A stretch of 64,000 bases of DNA, from IMG/VR virus record IMGVR_UViG_3300042402_006309, positions 1,887-65,886 of that record; one strand, given 5' to 3'. Each line of letters starts with the position of its first letter. The stretch's first letter is position 1. The notes beneath the pieces are model-generated. The model ran no database searches. It was given only the letters and a program-made list of their open reading frames with translations, and had not been told where the DNA came from. A program made the position numbers and the translations under genes. This DNA is from a virus. Lineage: Duplodnaviria > Caudoviricetes. Positions 36,941 to 46,225 of the stretch are shown here, piece by piece.

Positions 36941-36984
36941 AAAGACGAAAAAAGACATGGACGTGCCCGATCAGACGGGCAGAT
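36941..36984 (+). promoter_or_regulatory. Third plus-strand copy of the A-tract + CATGGAC-N14-GGGCAGAT motif
   Basis: AAAGACGAAAAAAGACATGGAC...TCAGACGGGCAGAT. Confidence 0.65.
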
Positions 36985-36994
36985 GAGGGACGCT

Positions 36995-37225
36995 ATGACA
37001 ACAGCATCTATTCCTAACAAGCATATCACAAAAGCGATGCAGCGAAGCATTCGCGGACTTGAGAAAAACGGCTTCACCGCCCGGCGCATCCTGCCGGTCG
37101 ATCTGATGGCCGGCATCCATGCCCGCGAGTTCCGCGCCGACTTCGCCAAGCAAACCCCCACCGGACTGCTGGTGTTCAGCGTCCGAATCGACACCGACGG
37201 CAACGTCATCAACCCCAAACCATAA
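36995..37225 (+). CDS. Small hypothetical protein
   Basis: ATG 10 nt after the motif. Confidence 0.6.
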   Translation: MTTASIPNKHITKAMQRSIRGLEKNGFTARRILPVDLMAGIHAREFRADFAKQTPTGLLVFSVRIDTDGNVINPKP

Positions 37226-37237
37226 CCAACTGAAACC

Positions 37238-37756
37238 ATGAACAAACTGTATTACATCGTCTGCGACGACAAAGAAACCAACGTATTCGAAGGCCGCTAT
37301 CAGGGACGCACCCGAGGCGAAGCCTTGAAATTCCTCAAGCAATCCATCGGGCGCAAGACGCTCAACGGACTGGTCTTCACCATCACCGAAATCCCGGTGC
37401 CGCTGATTCGCGAGATTGTTGCGGAAATCCTTGCCGGTGGCGACGGCAGCAATGCTACCTCCGCTCCGAACGTCGTGCCGATCACCCGGCCGGAACCGGA
37501 AGCCAGCCCGGGACGCTACGATGCGTTCTCCGACGCCGCTGAGTCCGAACCAACGCCCGCAGAGGCCACGCCACCCAAGGCGAAGGCATCCAAGCCCGCC
37601 AAGAAGGTGGGCAATCCCGGCCACGGCGACGAGCAATGGTCACAAGTCCGGGCCTACTGGCTCGAATGCCGCAGCGTGAAACAAACCGCTGAGCATTTCG
37701 GACTGTCCCCCAACTCGATCAAGACCCGCAGTCGGAGGGAGGGCTGGGGTAAATGA
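37238..37756 (+). CDS. Protein with C-terminal HTH
   Basis: SVKQTAEHFGLSPNSIKTRSRREGW. Confidence 0.7.
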   Translation: MNKLYYIVCDDKETNVFEGRYQGRTRGEALKFLKQSIGRKTLNGLVFTITEIPVPLIREIVAEILAGGDGSNATSAPNVVPITRPEPEASPGRYDAFSDAAESEPTPAEATPPKAKASKPAKKVGNPGHGDEQWSQVRAYWLECRSVKQTAEHFGLSPNSIKTRSRREGWGK

Positions 37757-38088
37757 GCGCACCCCAATGGACACCGGCAATCGGTGACGGCGCGAGCGTC
37801 TGCCACTACTCCGACCGGACCGCCTGCACGGTGATCCGCATCAGCCCCAGCGGCAAAACCATCTGGATGCAGGAGGACACCGCCGTTCTGGACGGATGGA
37901 AACCCGAGTTCGTCGCCGGAGGCTTTGGCGGGCATTGCACCAACAACGCCACACAGACCTATCAATACTCGCCCAATCCCGAAGGGGCGACACATCGCGC
38001 CAGCCGCCGCAAGGACGGTTGGTTCCGCACCACCAACGGCGAGCCGGTCATTCCCGGCCGCCGCCACTTCCACGACTACAACTTCTGA
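37753..38088 (+). CDS. Hypothetical phage protein
   Basis: Coupled to the upstream gene; GDGASVCHYSDR...RRHFHDYNF. Confidence 0.7.
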   Translation: MSAPQWTPAIGDGASVCHYSDRTACTVIRISPSGKTIWMQEDTAVLDGWKPEFVAGGFGGHCTNNATQTYQYSPNPEGATHRASRRKDGWFRTTNGEPVIPGRRHFHDYNF

Positions 38089-38327
38089 TGAAGGTCGCAG
38101 TCGAAAAATACCGCAAACCCGATGGCTACGCCACGCGCTACTGGTCGGTGATCGTCGATGGCGAACTGCTCGCCGTCACGGTTTACCGCAAGGGCGCGGA
38201 GGCCGTCGCCAGGGCCATCAACAATTCCAACCGAGATCCCTATGTCACACTCCTTGAAGATTCTGCCCAGCCCGTCACCACGCCCTGCAAGCCCACCGCT
38301 GGCATGGCGACCTACCGGACCCGATGA
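38088..38327 (+). CDS. Small hypothetical protein
   Basis: TGATG coupling; RYWSVIVDGELLAVTVYRKGA. Confidence 0.65.
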   Translation: MKVAVEKYRKPDGYATRYWSVIVDGELLAVTVYRKGAEAVARAINNSNRDPYVTLLEDSAQPVTTPCKPTAGMATYRTR

Positions 38328-38910
38328 CCTCTGCGGCCCCGCCGCCACCGTCGCCCATCGACTCGTCGCCAAGGCACACAAGCTCCACGATGATCCCACC
38401 GTGCCTGTGAAGATTCTGCTCTACGGGCCGCCCGGTGTCGGCAAGACCAGCATCGCCGACATGGTGGCCGACACATTGTCCGGCACCCGCTTCGCCGTCG
38501 AGGAATTCAACGGCAAGCTCGTCACCGTCGAAATCGTGAAACAGTGGATGGCCACGCTGGGTGTCTGTTCGCTGTTCGGTGTCTATTCGGTGAAGATCAT
38601 CAACGAGATGGACCGCTGCACGCGGGATGCACAGGACTTGCTCCTGAGCTATCTCGACCGACTTCCACCAGGCCGCGCCGTGATCGGCACCAGCAACCTG
38701 CAACTCGACCTGCTCACCGAGCGATTCCAGACGCGCTTCCAGTCGATCAAGCTCGCGGCACCGTCCACCGAGGAAATCGCCACGATGCTCCGCCGCCACT
38801 GGCCGGTCGATGAAGCGACGTCATTGCGGATTGCGGTGGGCAGCGGTGGATGCGTGCGAGCCGCGCTTGCCGATCTGGAATCCTGGCTGGATGCCGAGGG
38901 GCTGTCATAA
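38242..38910 (+). CDS. AAA+ ATPase (clamp-loader/RarA-like)
   Basis: LYGPPGVGKT, IINEMD, GTSN, FQTRF. Confidence 0.8.
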   Translation: MSHSLKILPSPSPRPASPPLAWRPTGPDDLCGPAATVAHRLVAKAHKLHDDPTVPVKILLYGPPGVGKTSIADMVADTLSGTRFAVEEFNGKLVTVEIVKQWMATLGVCSLFGVYSVKIINEMDRCTRDAQDLLLSYLDRLPPGRAVIGTSNLQLDLLTERFQTRFQSIKLAAPSTEEIATMLRRHWPVDEATSLRIAVGSGGCVRAALADLESWLDAEGLS

Positions 38911-39206
38911 ATCAGTTCTCCTTGAAAAAACGCCCAATAAATCGCCGGACCAGGGGGAGTCCGCCCCTGCGGCGCTAACGCCTAACTAATGGGCGGCTCC
39001 CCAGTCAGACAAGCTGTATTGATCCCATACCATGAAATCTGCGCAATTCAATCCCATTTCCCAGATTTTGATCGGGATTGGGGGCGTGGTGTCCAATTTT
39101 GCAATGCGAATATTCATCTTCGGATGGTGCCCGCCGGATGCGTGGAAGGAGATCCTCCCGCTCTTGGCTCAGGCGATCCATGCCGTTGACACCATCCAAA
39201 GCGACG

Positions 39207-39863
39207 ATGACGGATGATTCCCCAAAAGCCCGGACGCTCGCCAATGGCATCGAAGTCTGGTGCAGTTTTGATAAGCTCGTGCCGGTGGGCGAACTGAAGC
39301 CCAACCCGCGCAACCCGAACACGCACCCGCAGCGGCAGATCGAACTGCTCGCCAAAAACATCCGCTACTTCGGATGGAGGCAAACAATTACCGTCTCCAA
39401 TCTCACAGGCCTGATCGTTTCGGGCCACGGCCGGCTGATGGCCGCCAGGCACCTCGGCGTGGAAGTCGTGCCTGTGGACTATCAGGACTTCGCCAGCGAG
39501 AACGATGAACTTGCCGTGCTGGTCGCCGACAACCGCTTGGCCGAACTTTCCACGGTCGATCTCAACGAACTCGAAAAAATCGCCAGCGAGTGGAAGGCCA
39601 TCGACTTCGATACGATCCTCGCGGGATTCGAGCCCGCCGACATCGAGGGGCTGCTCAATCCGGGTGGCAATGACGATGACGAGGATGATGATGACCGCCA
39701 CGACAAGGAACTCGACAAGAGCGACGTCACCGTCGCGGTCGGACTCTACCGGTTCCGCATCACTCAGGAAGACTTCATCGCGTGGTGCGACCGCGTGAAA
39801 CAGGACGCCGGTTTCGACAAGGAAAGCGTGCTCAACGAAATCCGCAGCCGCCTCGGACTATGA
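39207..39863 (+). CDS. ParB/Srx N-terminal domain protein
   Basis: LKPNPRNPNTH, IVSGHGRLMAA, ADNRLAELS. Confidence 0.88.
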   Translation: MTDDSPKARTLANGIEVWCSFDKLVPVGELKPNPRNPNTHPQRQIELLAKNIRYFGWRQTITVSNLTGLIVSGHGRLMAARHLGVEVVPVDYQDFASENDELAVLVADNRLAELSTVDLNELEKIASEWKAIDFDTILAGFEPADIEGLLNPGGNDDDEDDDDRHDKELDKSDVTVAVGLYRFRITQEDFIAWCDRVKQDAGFDKESVLNEIRSRLGL

Positions 39864-41374
39864 ACATCACACTTGAATCCATCGACTCCGTTAAACCATC
39901 GACTTACAACCCACGGTCGGCGGTGCCCGAGCGTCTCGACCTGATCGAGCTATCACTTCGCAAGCTCGGTTTCATCGCCCCGATCTTCGCCGACTCGGAC
40001 GGCGAGATTCTTTCCGGCCACCAGCGCCACCTCGTCGCATCGCGCATGGGTGCCACACACGTCCCGGTATCCCGGACCAAGGCGCTCGACCTCGACCAGC
40101 GAAAGGCGCTCAACATCGTATTCAACCGGGCGACCAATGATTTCGATTTCAACAGCACACCCGGACGGGTCACCAGCGAACTGCAATCGTTGGACATCCA
40201 AGCGCTCGCCGCACGCATCCCCGACAAGCAGGTCGGCGGCGACGGTTTCTTGCGCTGCCTCAAGCCCGCAGAAGTCGCGGTGAAGGATCTCTGCAAGGTG
40301 AACTCGGGCCGCTGGATCCAGTATGCCCGCAACCTCGCCCGCACGTTGCATCGCCACGGCATCCTCATGCCCATCGTTTGCCGCGAGGATCTGACGGTCA
40401 TCAACGGCATCGGTCGTTTGGAAATGCTCGCAGAGAAAGGCGTGGTATTCGCGCCAGTCGTGTTCGTCACCGAAGAGGAGGCGGAATTCGCCCGGGCCAT
40501 GATGAATTTGCTCTCGATGGATTTCGACATCCACACGCGCTATGCCGACATGCTCCGCTTCAATTCGTTCCGTCGCGCACGCCGCGTGAGGCGCGAACTT
40601 GGCAACGGATTCGTCTTCGCCACGCACGGCGCGAAGCCATGCAAGGACTTCGACATCGGCAAGGCGGCGGACCGTGCCCGCTGGACCAAGGAGCATGGCT
40701 CGACGATTCTCGACTTCGGTGCCGGCCACCTGACGGAAACCTTCCTCCTGCGCCAGGCCGGCATCGACTGCACGCCGTTCGAACCCTACCGGCTCGGACC
40801 AGGGGGCATCAACAAGGCGGAGAGTGTGGAACTGGCACGCACATTCCTCGCAGAAGTGGCGGCGGGCAAGGAATGGACCAGCATCTTCATTGCAAGCGTG
40901 CTGAATTCCGTGCCGTTTCGCGAAGATCGCGAGCACATCGCCTGCCTGTGTGCGGCCCTGTGCAAGCCGTTCACCAAAGTCTATGCCTGCGCATCCTCGG
41001 CGGGCGAGTCCGGTTGGCGACAGGTCAATGGCAAGGCGTTCATGAACGAGTCCAACGCTGGCAACATCGCGTTCCGCCTCGACTATGAACCTGGCATCCG
41101 CATCGGCGATTTTCAGGACAAGCCCAAGGTCCAGAAGTATCACACCGTTTCGGAGTTCCGCGACCTCTTCGGCCCGTTCTTCCGCTCTGTGAAGGTCGAT
41201 GACTTTTCCAACAACATCAACGCGGCCTGCGCGGCGGCACGTCCCGTCGATCCGGCCCGCCTCCGTGCGGCCATCGAGTTTGAATTCGACCTGCCCTATC
41301 CGGACGGCACCCGCATGGAACTCGCGCAATGCGCCATGGACTCTTTCTCCCAACGTCTTCAGATTACCCTATGA
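39860..41374 (+). CDS. Tandem ParB-domain + SAM-dependent methyltransferase-fold protein
   Basis: YNPR...LSGHQR; second ParB-like MPIVC...INGIGR; ILDFGAG...FEPY...ASVLNSVP. Confidence 0.82.
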   Translation: MNITLESIDSVKPSTYNPRSAVPERLDLIELSLRKLGFIAPIFADSDGEILSGHQRHLVASRMGATHVPVSRTKALDLDQRKALNIVFNRATNDFDFNSTPGRVTSELQSLDIQALAARIPDKQVGGDGFLRCLKPAEVAVKDLCKVNSGRWIQYARNLARTLHRHGILMPIVCREDLTVINGIGRLEMLAEKGVVFAPVVFVTEEEAEFARAMMNLLSMDFDIHTRYADMLRFNSFRRARRVRRELGNGFVFATHGAKPCKDFDIGKAADRARWTKEHGSTILDFGAGHLTETFLLRQAGIDCTPFEPYRLGPGGINKAESVELARTFLAEVAAGKEWTSIFIASVLNSVPFREDREHIACLCAALCKPFTKVYACASSAGESGWRQVNGKAFMNESNAGNIAFRLDYEPGIRIGDFQDKPKVQKYHTVSEFRDLFGPFFRSVKVDDFSNNINAACAAARPVDPARLRAAIEFEFDLPYPDGTRMELAQCAMDSFSQRLQITL

Positions 41375-41823
41375 TCATCCTGCTAGACCTCAACTACACG
41401 CTGGTGGCCAACAATCCGGCGCGCGGCACCACGCCAGAGCGCATGGAAAAGCGACTGGCCAACGAGCAATACCGGCAATGGCTGGTGGAACTCGTGCGGC
41501 CCCACACTGTCGTGCTCATCACCGCCCGCCCGGAAACCTGGACGATCAGGACGCTCGAACGCATCGAGGAGCAGACCGGATGGCGGCCGCATGATGCGTG
41601 CTTCGCGCCCAAGGGCTGGTGGAATCCACCGGCGATCAAGGAGCACTTGCTCAAAAAGGATGTGTTCCCGATCCACGGCGAGCACGCACGCTACCTCGCG
41701 ATTGAGAGCAATCCGCGGACTCGTGAGATGTATGCGAGGTTCTCCATCCCGTGCTTCTGGGTGACAGCGGAGGGCACCTGCCTGACCGAGGGAACGCGGA
41801 TCGTGAAACGACTGCCACGTTGA
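41371..41823 (+). CDS. HAD-fold (PNKP-phosphatase-like) protein with altered motifs
   Basis: LLDLNYTL (DxN), LITARPE, AIKE, AIESN. Confidence 0.7.
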   Translation: MIILLDLNYTLVANNPARGTTPERMEKRLANEQYRQWLVELVRPHTVVLITARPETWTIRTLERIEEQTGWRPHDACFAPKGWWNPPAIKEHLLKKDVFPIHGEHARYLAIESNPRTREMYARFSIPCFWVTAEGTCLTEGTRIVKRLPR

Positions 41824-41829
41824 TTCACG

Positions 41830-42027
41830 TCATTCAATGGCACCACGTTCGACGAGGCTTTTCTTCCAGTCGCCCTCAAAGCCAAACGTCGGAGCCTTCA
41901 CGGGCTCGGACAACCAGAAGTCAGTGAAGGCCGCAACGTTCGGAGCGCAAAACCAATGTGCTTCGCCGTTTTTGTCCATCGCCCACCAACGGGCATTCTT
42001 CGGAGCCGCGGACCAGTCGATTTTCAT
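41830..42027 (-). CDS. Small Trp-rich phage protein, antisense
   Basis: IDWSAAPKNARWWAMDKNGEAHWF...DWKKSLVER. Confidence 0.7.
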   Translation of the reverse strand: MKIDWSAAPKNARWWAMDKNGEAHWFCAPNVAAFTDFWLSEPVKAPTFGFEGDWKKSLVERGAIE

Positions 42028-42098
42028 TTGACCAAACTATCATTCCGTATCCGGCGAGCAAGGAAATCCGCCGTGGCGTTGACATCCACCACGCGGGC

Positions 42099-42821
42099 AT
42101 GAGTGAAGCCCAACGTGACGAGGTGATTCCACGCGGTGCCTGGCAGTTCGATCAGGAAGTGACCGCCGTGTTCGATGATATGCTCCAGCGGAGCATCCCT
42201 CAATACAACGCGATGCGCATGGTGACTTTTGAGGTTGGCCGGCGCTTCGTGCAACCCGGCACCGCAATCATCGACATGGGCTGCTCCCGCGGCCAGGCGC
42301 TGCTGCCATTCGTTTCCAACTTCGGCGCGGACAATGATTACATCGGCCTTGAAATCAGCGAGCCGATGATTGTGGCGGCGCGTCAGAACTTCAACTACCA
42401 CCCGCACGGCAATCGCGTCACCGTCCAGTCTGCCGACCTTCGCCACGAGTTCCCTGGTGTGACAGCGAGCCTCGTGCTCTCGGTGTTGACGTTGCAATTC
42501 ACGCCCATCGAATACCGCCAGCAGATCATTCGGCGAGTGTTCGAGTCTCTGGCTCCGGGCGGTGCCTTCATCCTCGTTGAAAAGGTTCTCGGCGCGACGT
42601 CCAAGCTCGATGAGGCGTTCGTGAACCTGTTCCTCAACATCAAGCGCGAGAACGGATATTCGGAGAGCCAGATCGACCGCAAGCGGATGTCGCTCGAAGG
42701 CGTGCTGGTGCCCGTCACCGCCCGCTGGAACGAGGAGCTACTCTATCAGGAAGGGTTCACGTCGGTCGATTGCTTCTGGCGGCATCTGAACTTCGCCGGG
42801 TGGGTGGCGGTCAAACCATGA
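42099..42821 (+). CDS. cmoA: CmoA-like carboxy-SAM synthase / methyltransferase
   Basis: WQFDQEVTAVFDDMLQRSIPQY, DMGCSRG, LTLQF, EKV, KRMSLEGVL, LNF, matching recalled E. coli CmoA blocks. Confidence 0.82.
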   Translation: MSEAQRDEVIPRGAWQFDQEVTAVFDDMLQRSIPQYNAMRMVTFEVGRRFVQPGTAIIDMGCSRGQALLPFVSNFGADNDYIGLEISEPMIVAARQNFNYHPHGNRVTVQSADLRHEFPGVTASLVLSVLTLQFTPIEYRQQIIRRVFESLAPGGAFILVEKVLGATSKLDEAFVNLFLNIKRENGYSESQIDRKRMSLEGVLVPVTARWNEELLYQEGFTSVDCFWRHLNFAGWVAVKP

Positions 42822-43438
42822 GCAATCCACGATCTCACGACGAAGCGCGGCCAACACTCGCCCCGGATGTGGCTGAGAAGATCCTCGACGCCGACTTTCA
42901 GAACGTGATTCGCAAAGTCGCGGCGGGCAAGCCGCTCACGGTTGCCGAGCGCACCCGCATCGAATCACGGGCGGCAGGCAGTAATGAGACGCTCGCCTAT
43001 GCCAATACTCTCGTGGAACTGGCCGCCGCGCTTGGGGTTTCCCGACGCACGCTTACGACCTGGCAGAAGATCGAGGGCGCGCCCAAGGCATTATCCAACG
43101 GCATGTGGCCGGTGGCCGACTGGCGCGAATTCGTCCGGCTCCGCGGCTTGAATGCTGGTCGCGTCCCGGTCGGCAATGAAGAAGCGCTCAAGGCCCGCAA
43201 GCTTCTGGCGGAAGTGGAGGAACGCGAACTGCGCATCGCGGTCAAAAAGGGCGAATACGTCCCGCTCACCAAAGTCCGCGAAGAATGGATCGGCCTGGTC
43301 GCCCAGGCGACATCCATCTTGCGGGCCAAATTCGAATCGGAGCTTCCGCCCGTGCTTTCCGGTCTCGACGCCACCGGCATCCAGCGGGAATGCCGACGCG
43401 CCATCGACGAAGTCCTGCGCTGCCTTCACGAATCATGA
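42818..43438 (+). CDS. Terminase small subunit (Nu1-like)
   Basis: HTH LVELAAALGVSRRTLTTW + coiled coil ...KGEYVP; directly before TerL. Confidence 0.8.
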   Translation: MSNPRSHDEARPTLAPDVAEKILDADFQNVIRKVAAGKPLTVAERTRIESRAAGSNETLAYANTLVELAAALGVSRRTLTTWQKIEGAPKALSNGMWPVADWREFVRLRGLNAGRVPVGNEEALKARKLLAEVEERELRIAVKKGEYVPLTKVREEWIGLVAQATSILRAKFESELPPVLSGLDATGIQRECRRAIDEVLRCLHES

Positions 43439-45255
43439 GTGTCCTCAAGGAAATCTGGCGTGAGGCATGGCAACCTCCTGACCGCCGCCCCGCCTGGCAA
43501 TGGTGTGAGGATCACATCGAGGGCATCCCGTATTCACCCAACCCGGGACGCTTCCGCTCGGAAAACTCGCCGTGGATTCGTGAGGTCATGGAATCTCTGG
43601 TCGATCCACGCATCCGGCTGGTTTCGATCATTGCATCCGTCCAGTCATCGAAGACCACCGCCCCAGAACTCACGCTTTGTTACATCATTTCCAACCTGCC
43701 GGGGCCCGCCCTCTGGCTCGATCAGACTGATGAGGATGCCCGCGATTATTCGGAATCGCGCCTGCAGAAGCTCTTCGACCAATGCCAGCCAGTCGCTCGG
43801 TTGATGCCGACCGGCGTTCACCGCCACAAGCGCAAGAACAACGCGATCCAGTTCAACAACGGCATGACGCTCTGGATTCTCGGAGCGCACAACAAGACCA
43901 ACCTCCAGCGTCGTTCGATCCGCTGGTTGATCGGCGATGAAACCTGGCGCTGGCCGCAGGGACACATGGCGGAGGCCGAGGCCCGCGTCACCGCATTCGG
44001 TTGGCTCGGCAAGTGCATCTTCATGAGCCAGGGCGGCGAGGAAGACGACGACACCCATCGCAAGTTCGAGATGACCGACCAGCGCGAGTGGACATTCGCA
44101 TGCCCTGAGTGCGGCCACCGCCAGCCGTTCAAGTGGGAGTGCGTTGAGTGGAGCAAGTCGGCTCGCGACGAAACCGGCGAGTGGGATTTCGACGAGGTCC
44201 GGCGCACCGCTGCGATGCGCTGCGAATCGTGCAACCACTACTTCAACGATGGCGAACGGACGCGGCGCGAACTCAACGCCACCGGTGCCTTCGTCGCCAA
44301 GAATCCGAAAGCCTCGAAAGAAAACGTCGGCTTCCACTGGAACGCCCTGTGCGCGATGAGCTGGGGGCAGTTGGCTGAACTCTATCTGCGAGCGAAGGCT
44401 GCGGCGCGGAAAGGCGACGTGTCACTACTCCAACAGTTCTATCAGAAACGGCTCGGTCTGCCGTGGCGCGAGTATGTCGAAGATTACAAACTCGAAATCG
44501 TCAAATCCGGCTACAAGCGCGGCGAGACATGGGAAGAGGAGGGCGCGATTGATCCGAAGACGGGCAAAATCCTCGCCGCCCCGCTGCCCGAGCGCACCAG
44601 CCTGATTCCTCTGCGCTTCATCACGGTGGACTGCCAGATGGATCACCTGTTCGCCGTGGTCCGCTCGTGGTCGGCGGAGGGATCGAGCCGACTGATGTGG
44701 AACGAACGCATTCTTTCATTCACCGACATCGACGTGTTGCAGGAACGCTTCGAGGTTCACCCGAGCCTCGTGTTTCTCGACGCCGGCTATGCGACCTACG
44801 ACGTCTATCGCGAGTGCTCCAAGCGAGGATGGGTGGCGCTCATCGGCGACCGCCGCCCGGTCTATGCGCACAAGGGGCGCGATGGCAAAACCGTCCAGCG
44901 GTTCTATTCGCCCCGGCGCAAGGTGGTGCTGTCGCATCGCCAACATTGCCACGTCCATTACTGGAGCAACCTCAACATCAAGGACACGCTGGCCCGCCTG
45001 CGTCGCAATCAGGATCCAGCCCAGGGGCCGACATGGGAAGTGCCGGACGACATCGACGATGACTATCTCGCCCAGATGGAAAGCGAGCAGCGCATCAAGG
45101 AAAAGGGCCAGTGGATGTGGAAGCAGATCGGATCACGTAGCAACCACTTCTTCGACTGCGAGGCGGAACAGGCCGCCGCCGCGACCATGCTCAAGATCGT
45201 AGGACGGGAGTCTATTGCAGCCGCGCTCGTTGACAGCGCGGACGGGGAGCAATGA
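43435..45255 (+). CDS. Terminase large subunit, GpA family
   Basis: SPWIREVM, SVQSSKTT, LIGDE, CPECGH, TVDCQ, NHFFDCE. Confidence 0.92.
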   Translation: MSVLKEIWREAWQPPDRRPAWQWCEDHIEGIPYSPNPGRFRSENSPWIREVMESLVDPRIRLVSIIASVQSSKTTAPELTLCYIISNLPGPALWLDQTDEDARDYSESRLQKLFDQCQPVARLMPTGVHRHKRKNNAIQFNNGMTLWILGAHNKTNLQRRSIRWLIGDETWRWPQGHMAEAEARVTAFGWLGKCIFMSQGGEEDDDTHRKFEMTDQREWTFACPECGHRQPFKWECVEWSKSARDETGEWDFDEVRRTAAMRCESCNHYFNDGERTRRELNATGAFVAKNPKASKENVGFHWNALCAMSWGQLAELYLRAKAAARKGDVSLLQQFYQKRLGLPWREYVEDYKLEIVKSGYKRGETWEEEGAIDPKTGKILAAPLPERTSLIPLRFITVDCQMDHLFAVVRSWSAEGSSRLMWNERILSFTDIDVLQERFEVHPSLVFLDAGYATYDVYRECSKRGWVALIGDRRPVYAHKGRDGKTVQRFYSPRRKVVLSHRQHCHVHYWSNLNIKDTLARLRRNQDPAQGPTWEVPDDIDDDYLAQMESEQRIKEKGQWMWKQIGSRSNHFFDCEAEQAAAATMLKIVGRESIAAALVDSADGEQ

Positions 45256-45629
45256 AAACCATCACTATCCTCCGCTTCCTCACCTTCCTCGGTTCCGGAC
45301 TCACCACGATTGCCGCGCTTGATCTCACTGGCATTGCCAACCTGCTGGACCCGGGCAGGGCGCAATACCTGCTCATCGCCGGACCCGCCGCACTCGCGGT
45401 GAAAGAGCTGGTCGTCGTGCTTGGCGATCTCTTCGACGACGGCAAGCCCAACAAATCGTTCAAGATCGGGTTGTTCTGCTTCGCCATGGCATTGCTGACA
45501 TTGCCGCTTCTCTCGTCCTGCACCGCACTGCCCGGAGTCACCGGTGAATTCATCAGCAAGGACGGGCGCATCCGGGTTCATCCGGACGGTCGTGTCGAGA
45601 TTGTGGTTGAACCCCGCACCTCCAAGTAA
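45252..45629 (+). CDS. Holin-like membrane protein with internal lipobox
   Basis: 2-3 hydrophobic segments, LLSSC; directly upstream of the endolysin. Confidence 0.55.
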   Translation: MKTITILRFLTFLGSGLTTIAALDLTGIANLLDPGRAQYLLIAGPAALAVKELVVVLGDLFDDGKPNKSFKIGLFCFAMALLTLPLLSSCTALPGVTGEFISKDGRIRVHPDGRVEIVVEPRTSK

Positions 45630-45632
45630 GCC

Positions 45633-46073
45633 ATGCCTGCCGAAACATTCAGTGAGTGGTTCACAGCCCAGGGGTTCCGCCACTTCGGCGCGGGCGAGTT
45701 CGAATACTACTTTGCTCGCGAGCGCAATGGCGTGAAGAACAACCCGCCGCCGAAGCGGTTGTGGAAGAACATCGTGCCCGCGCTCCGCATTGTGGACGAG
45801 CTTCGTGCCTCTTTCGGTAAGCCATGCCGCATCCTGAGTTCCTACCGTGCCCCGGCATACAACAAGGCAGTCGGCGGCGCTCCGCTCAGCCAGCATCTTG
45901 AGTTCACCGCACTGGACATCACCATCGACGGCATCAGCTCGCAGCGAGTCTATGACCGGCTCATCGAATGGCGCAAGGCGGGCAAATTCACCGGAGGTCT
46001 CGGCCTCTATCCATCGTCCGGTTTCGTCCACATCGACACGCGGGGACGCAACGCCACCTGGAAAGGAAAGTGA
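45633..46073 (+). CDS. Peptidase M15 endolysin
   Basis: SSYR...NKAVGGAPLSQH...ALDI...FVHIDTRG. Confidence 0.9.
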   Translation: MPAETFSEWFTAQGFRHFGAGEFEYYFARERNGVKNNPPPKRLWKNIVPALRIVDELRASFGKPCRILSSYRAPAYNKAVGGAPLSQHLEFTALDITIDGISSQRVYDRLIEWRKAGKFTGGLGLYPSSGFVHIDTRGRNATWKGK

Positions 46074-46225
46074 GCCGGTGATGCCCAGAACGGATCATGG
46101 CGTTCAAGGCCCTACGCACAGATGGGATACACATATTCCCCCAGCCGTGGGAGCAACTCACGGGGATAGATAACTCGTTTGCATCATTTTTCAAGCCGTC
46201 TTTCCGTTGACACCCATTGCCGTTC

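Noticed and set aside
39953-41353. 466-aa antisense ORF (similarly 20507..21652, 21267..22481, 49084..50181, 61829..63271)
   Set aside because: Shadow ORFs opposite well-supported genes, typical of high-GC codon bias
46074-46200. Short ORF and weak hairpin between endolysin and head gene
   Set aside because: 30-aa ORF with no features; hairpin imperfect; no support
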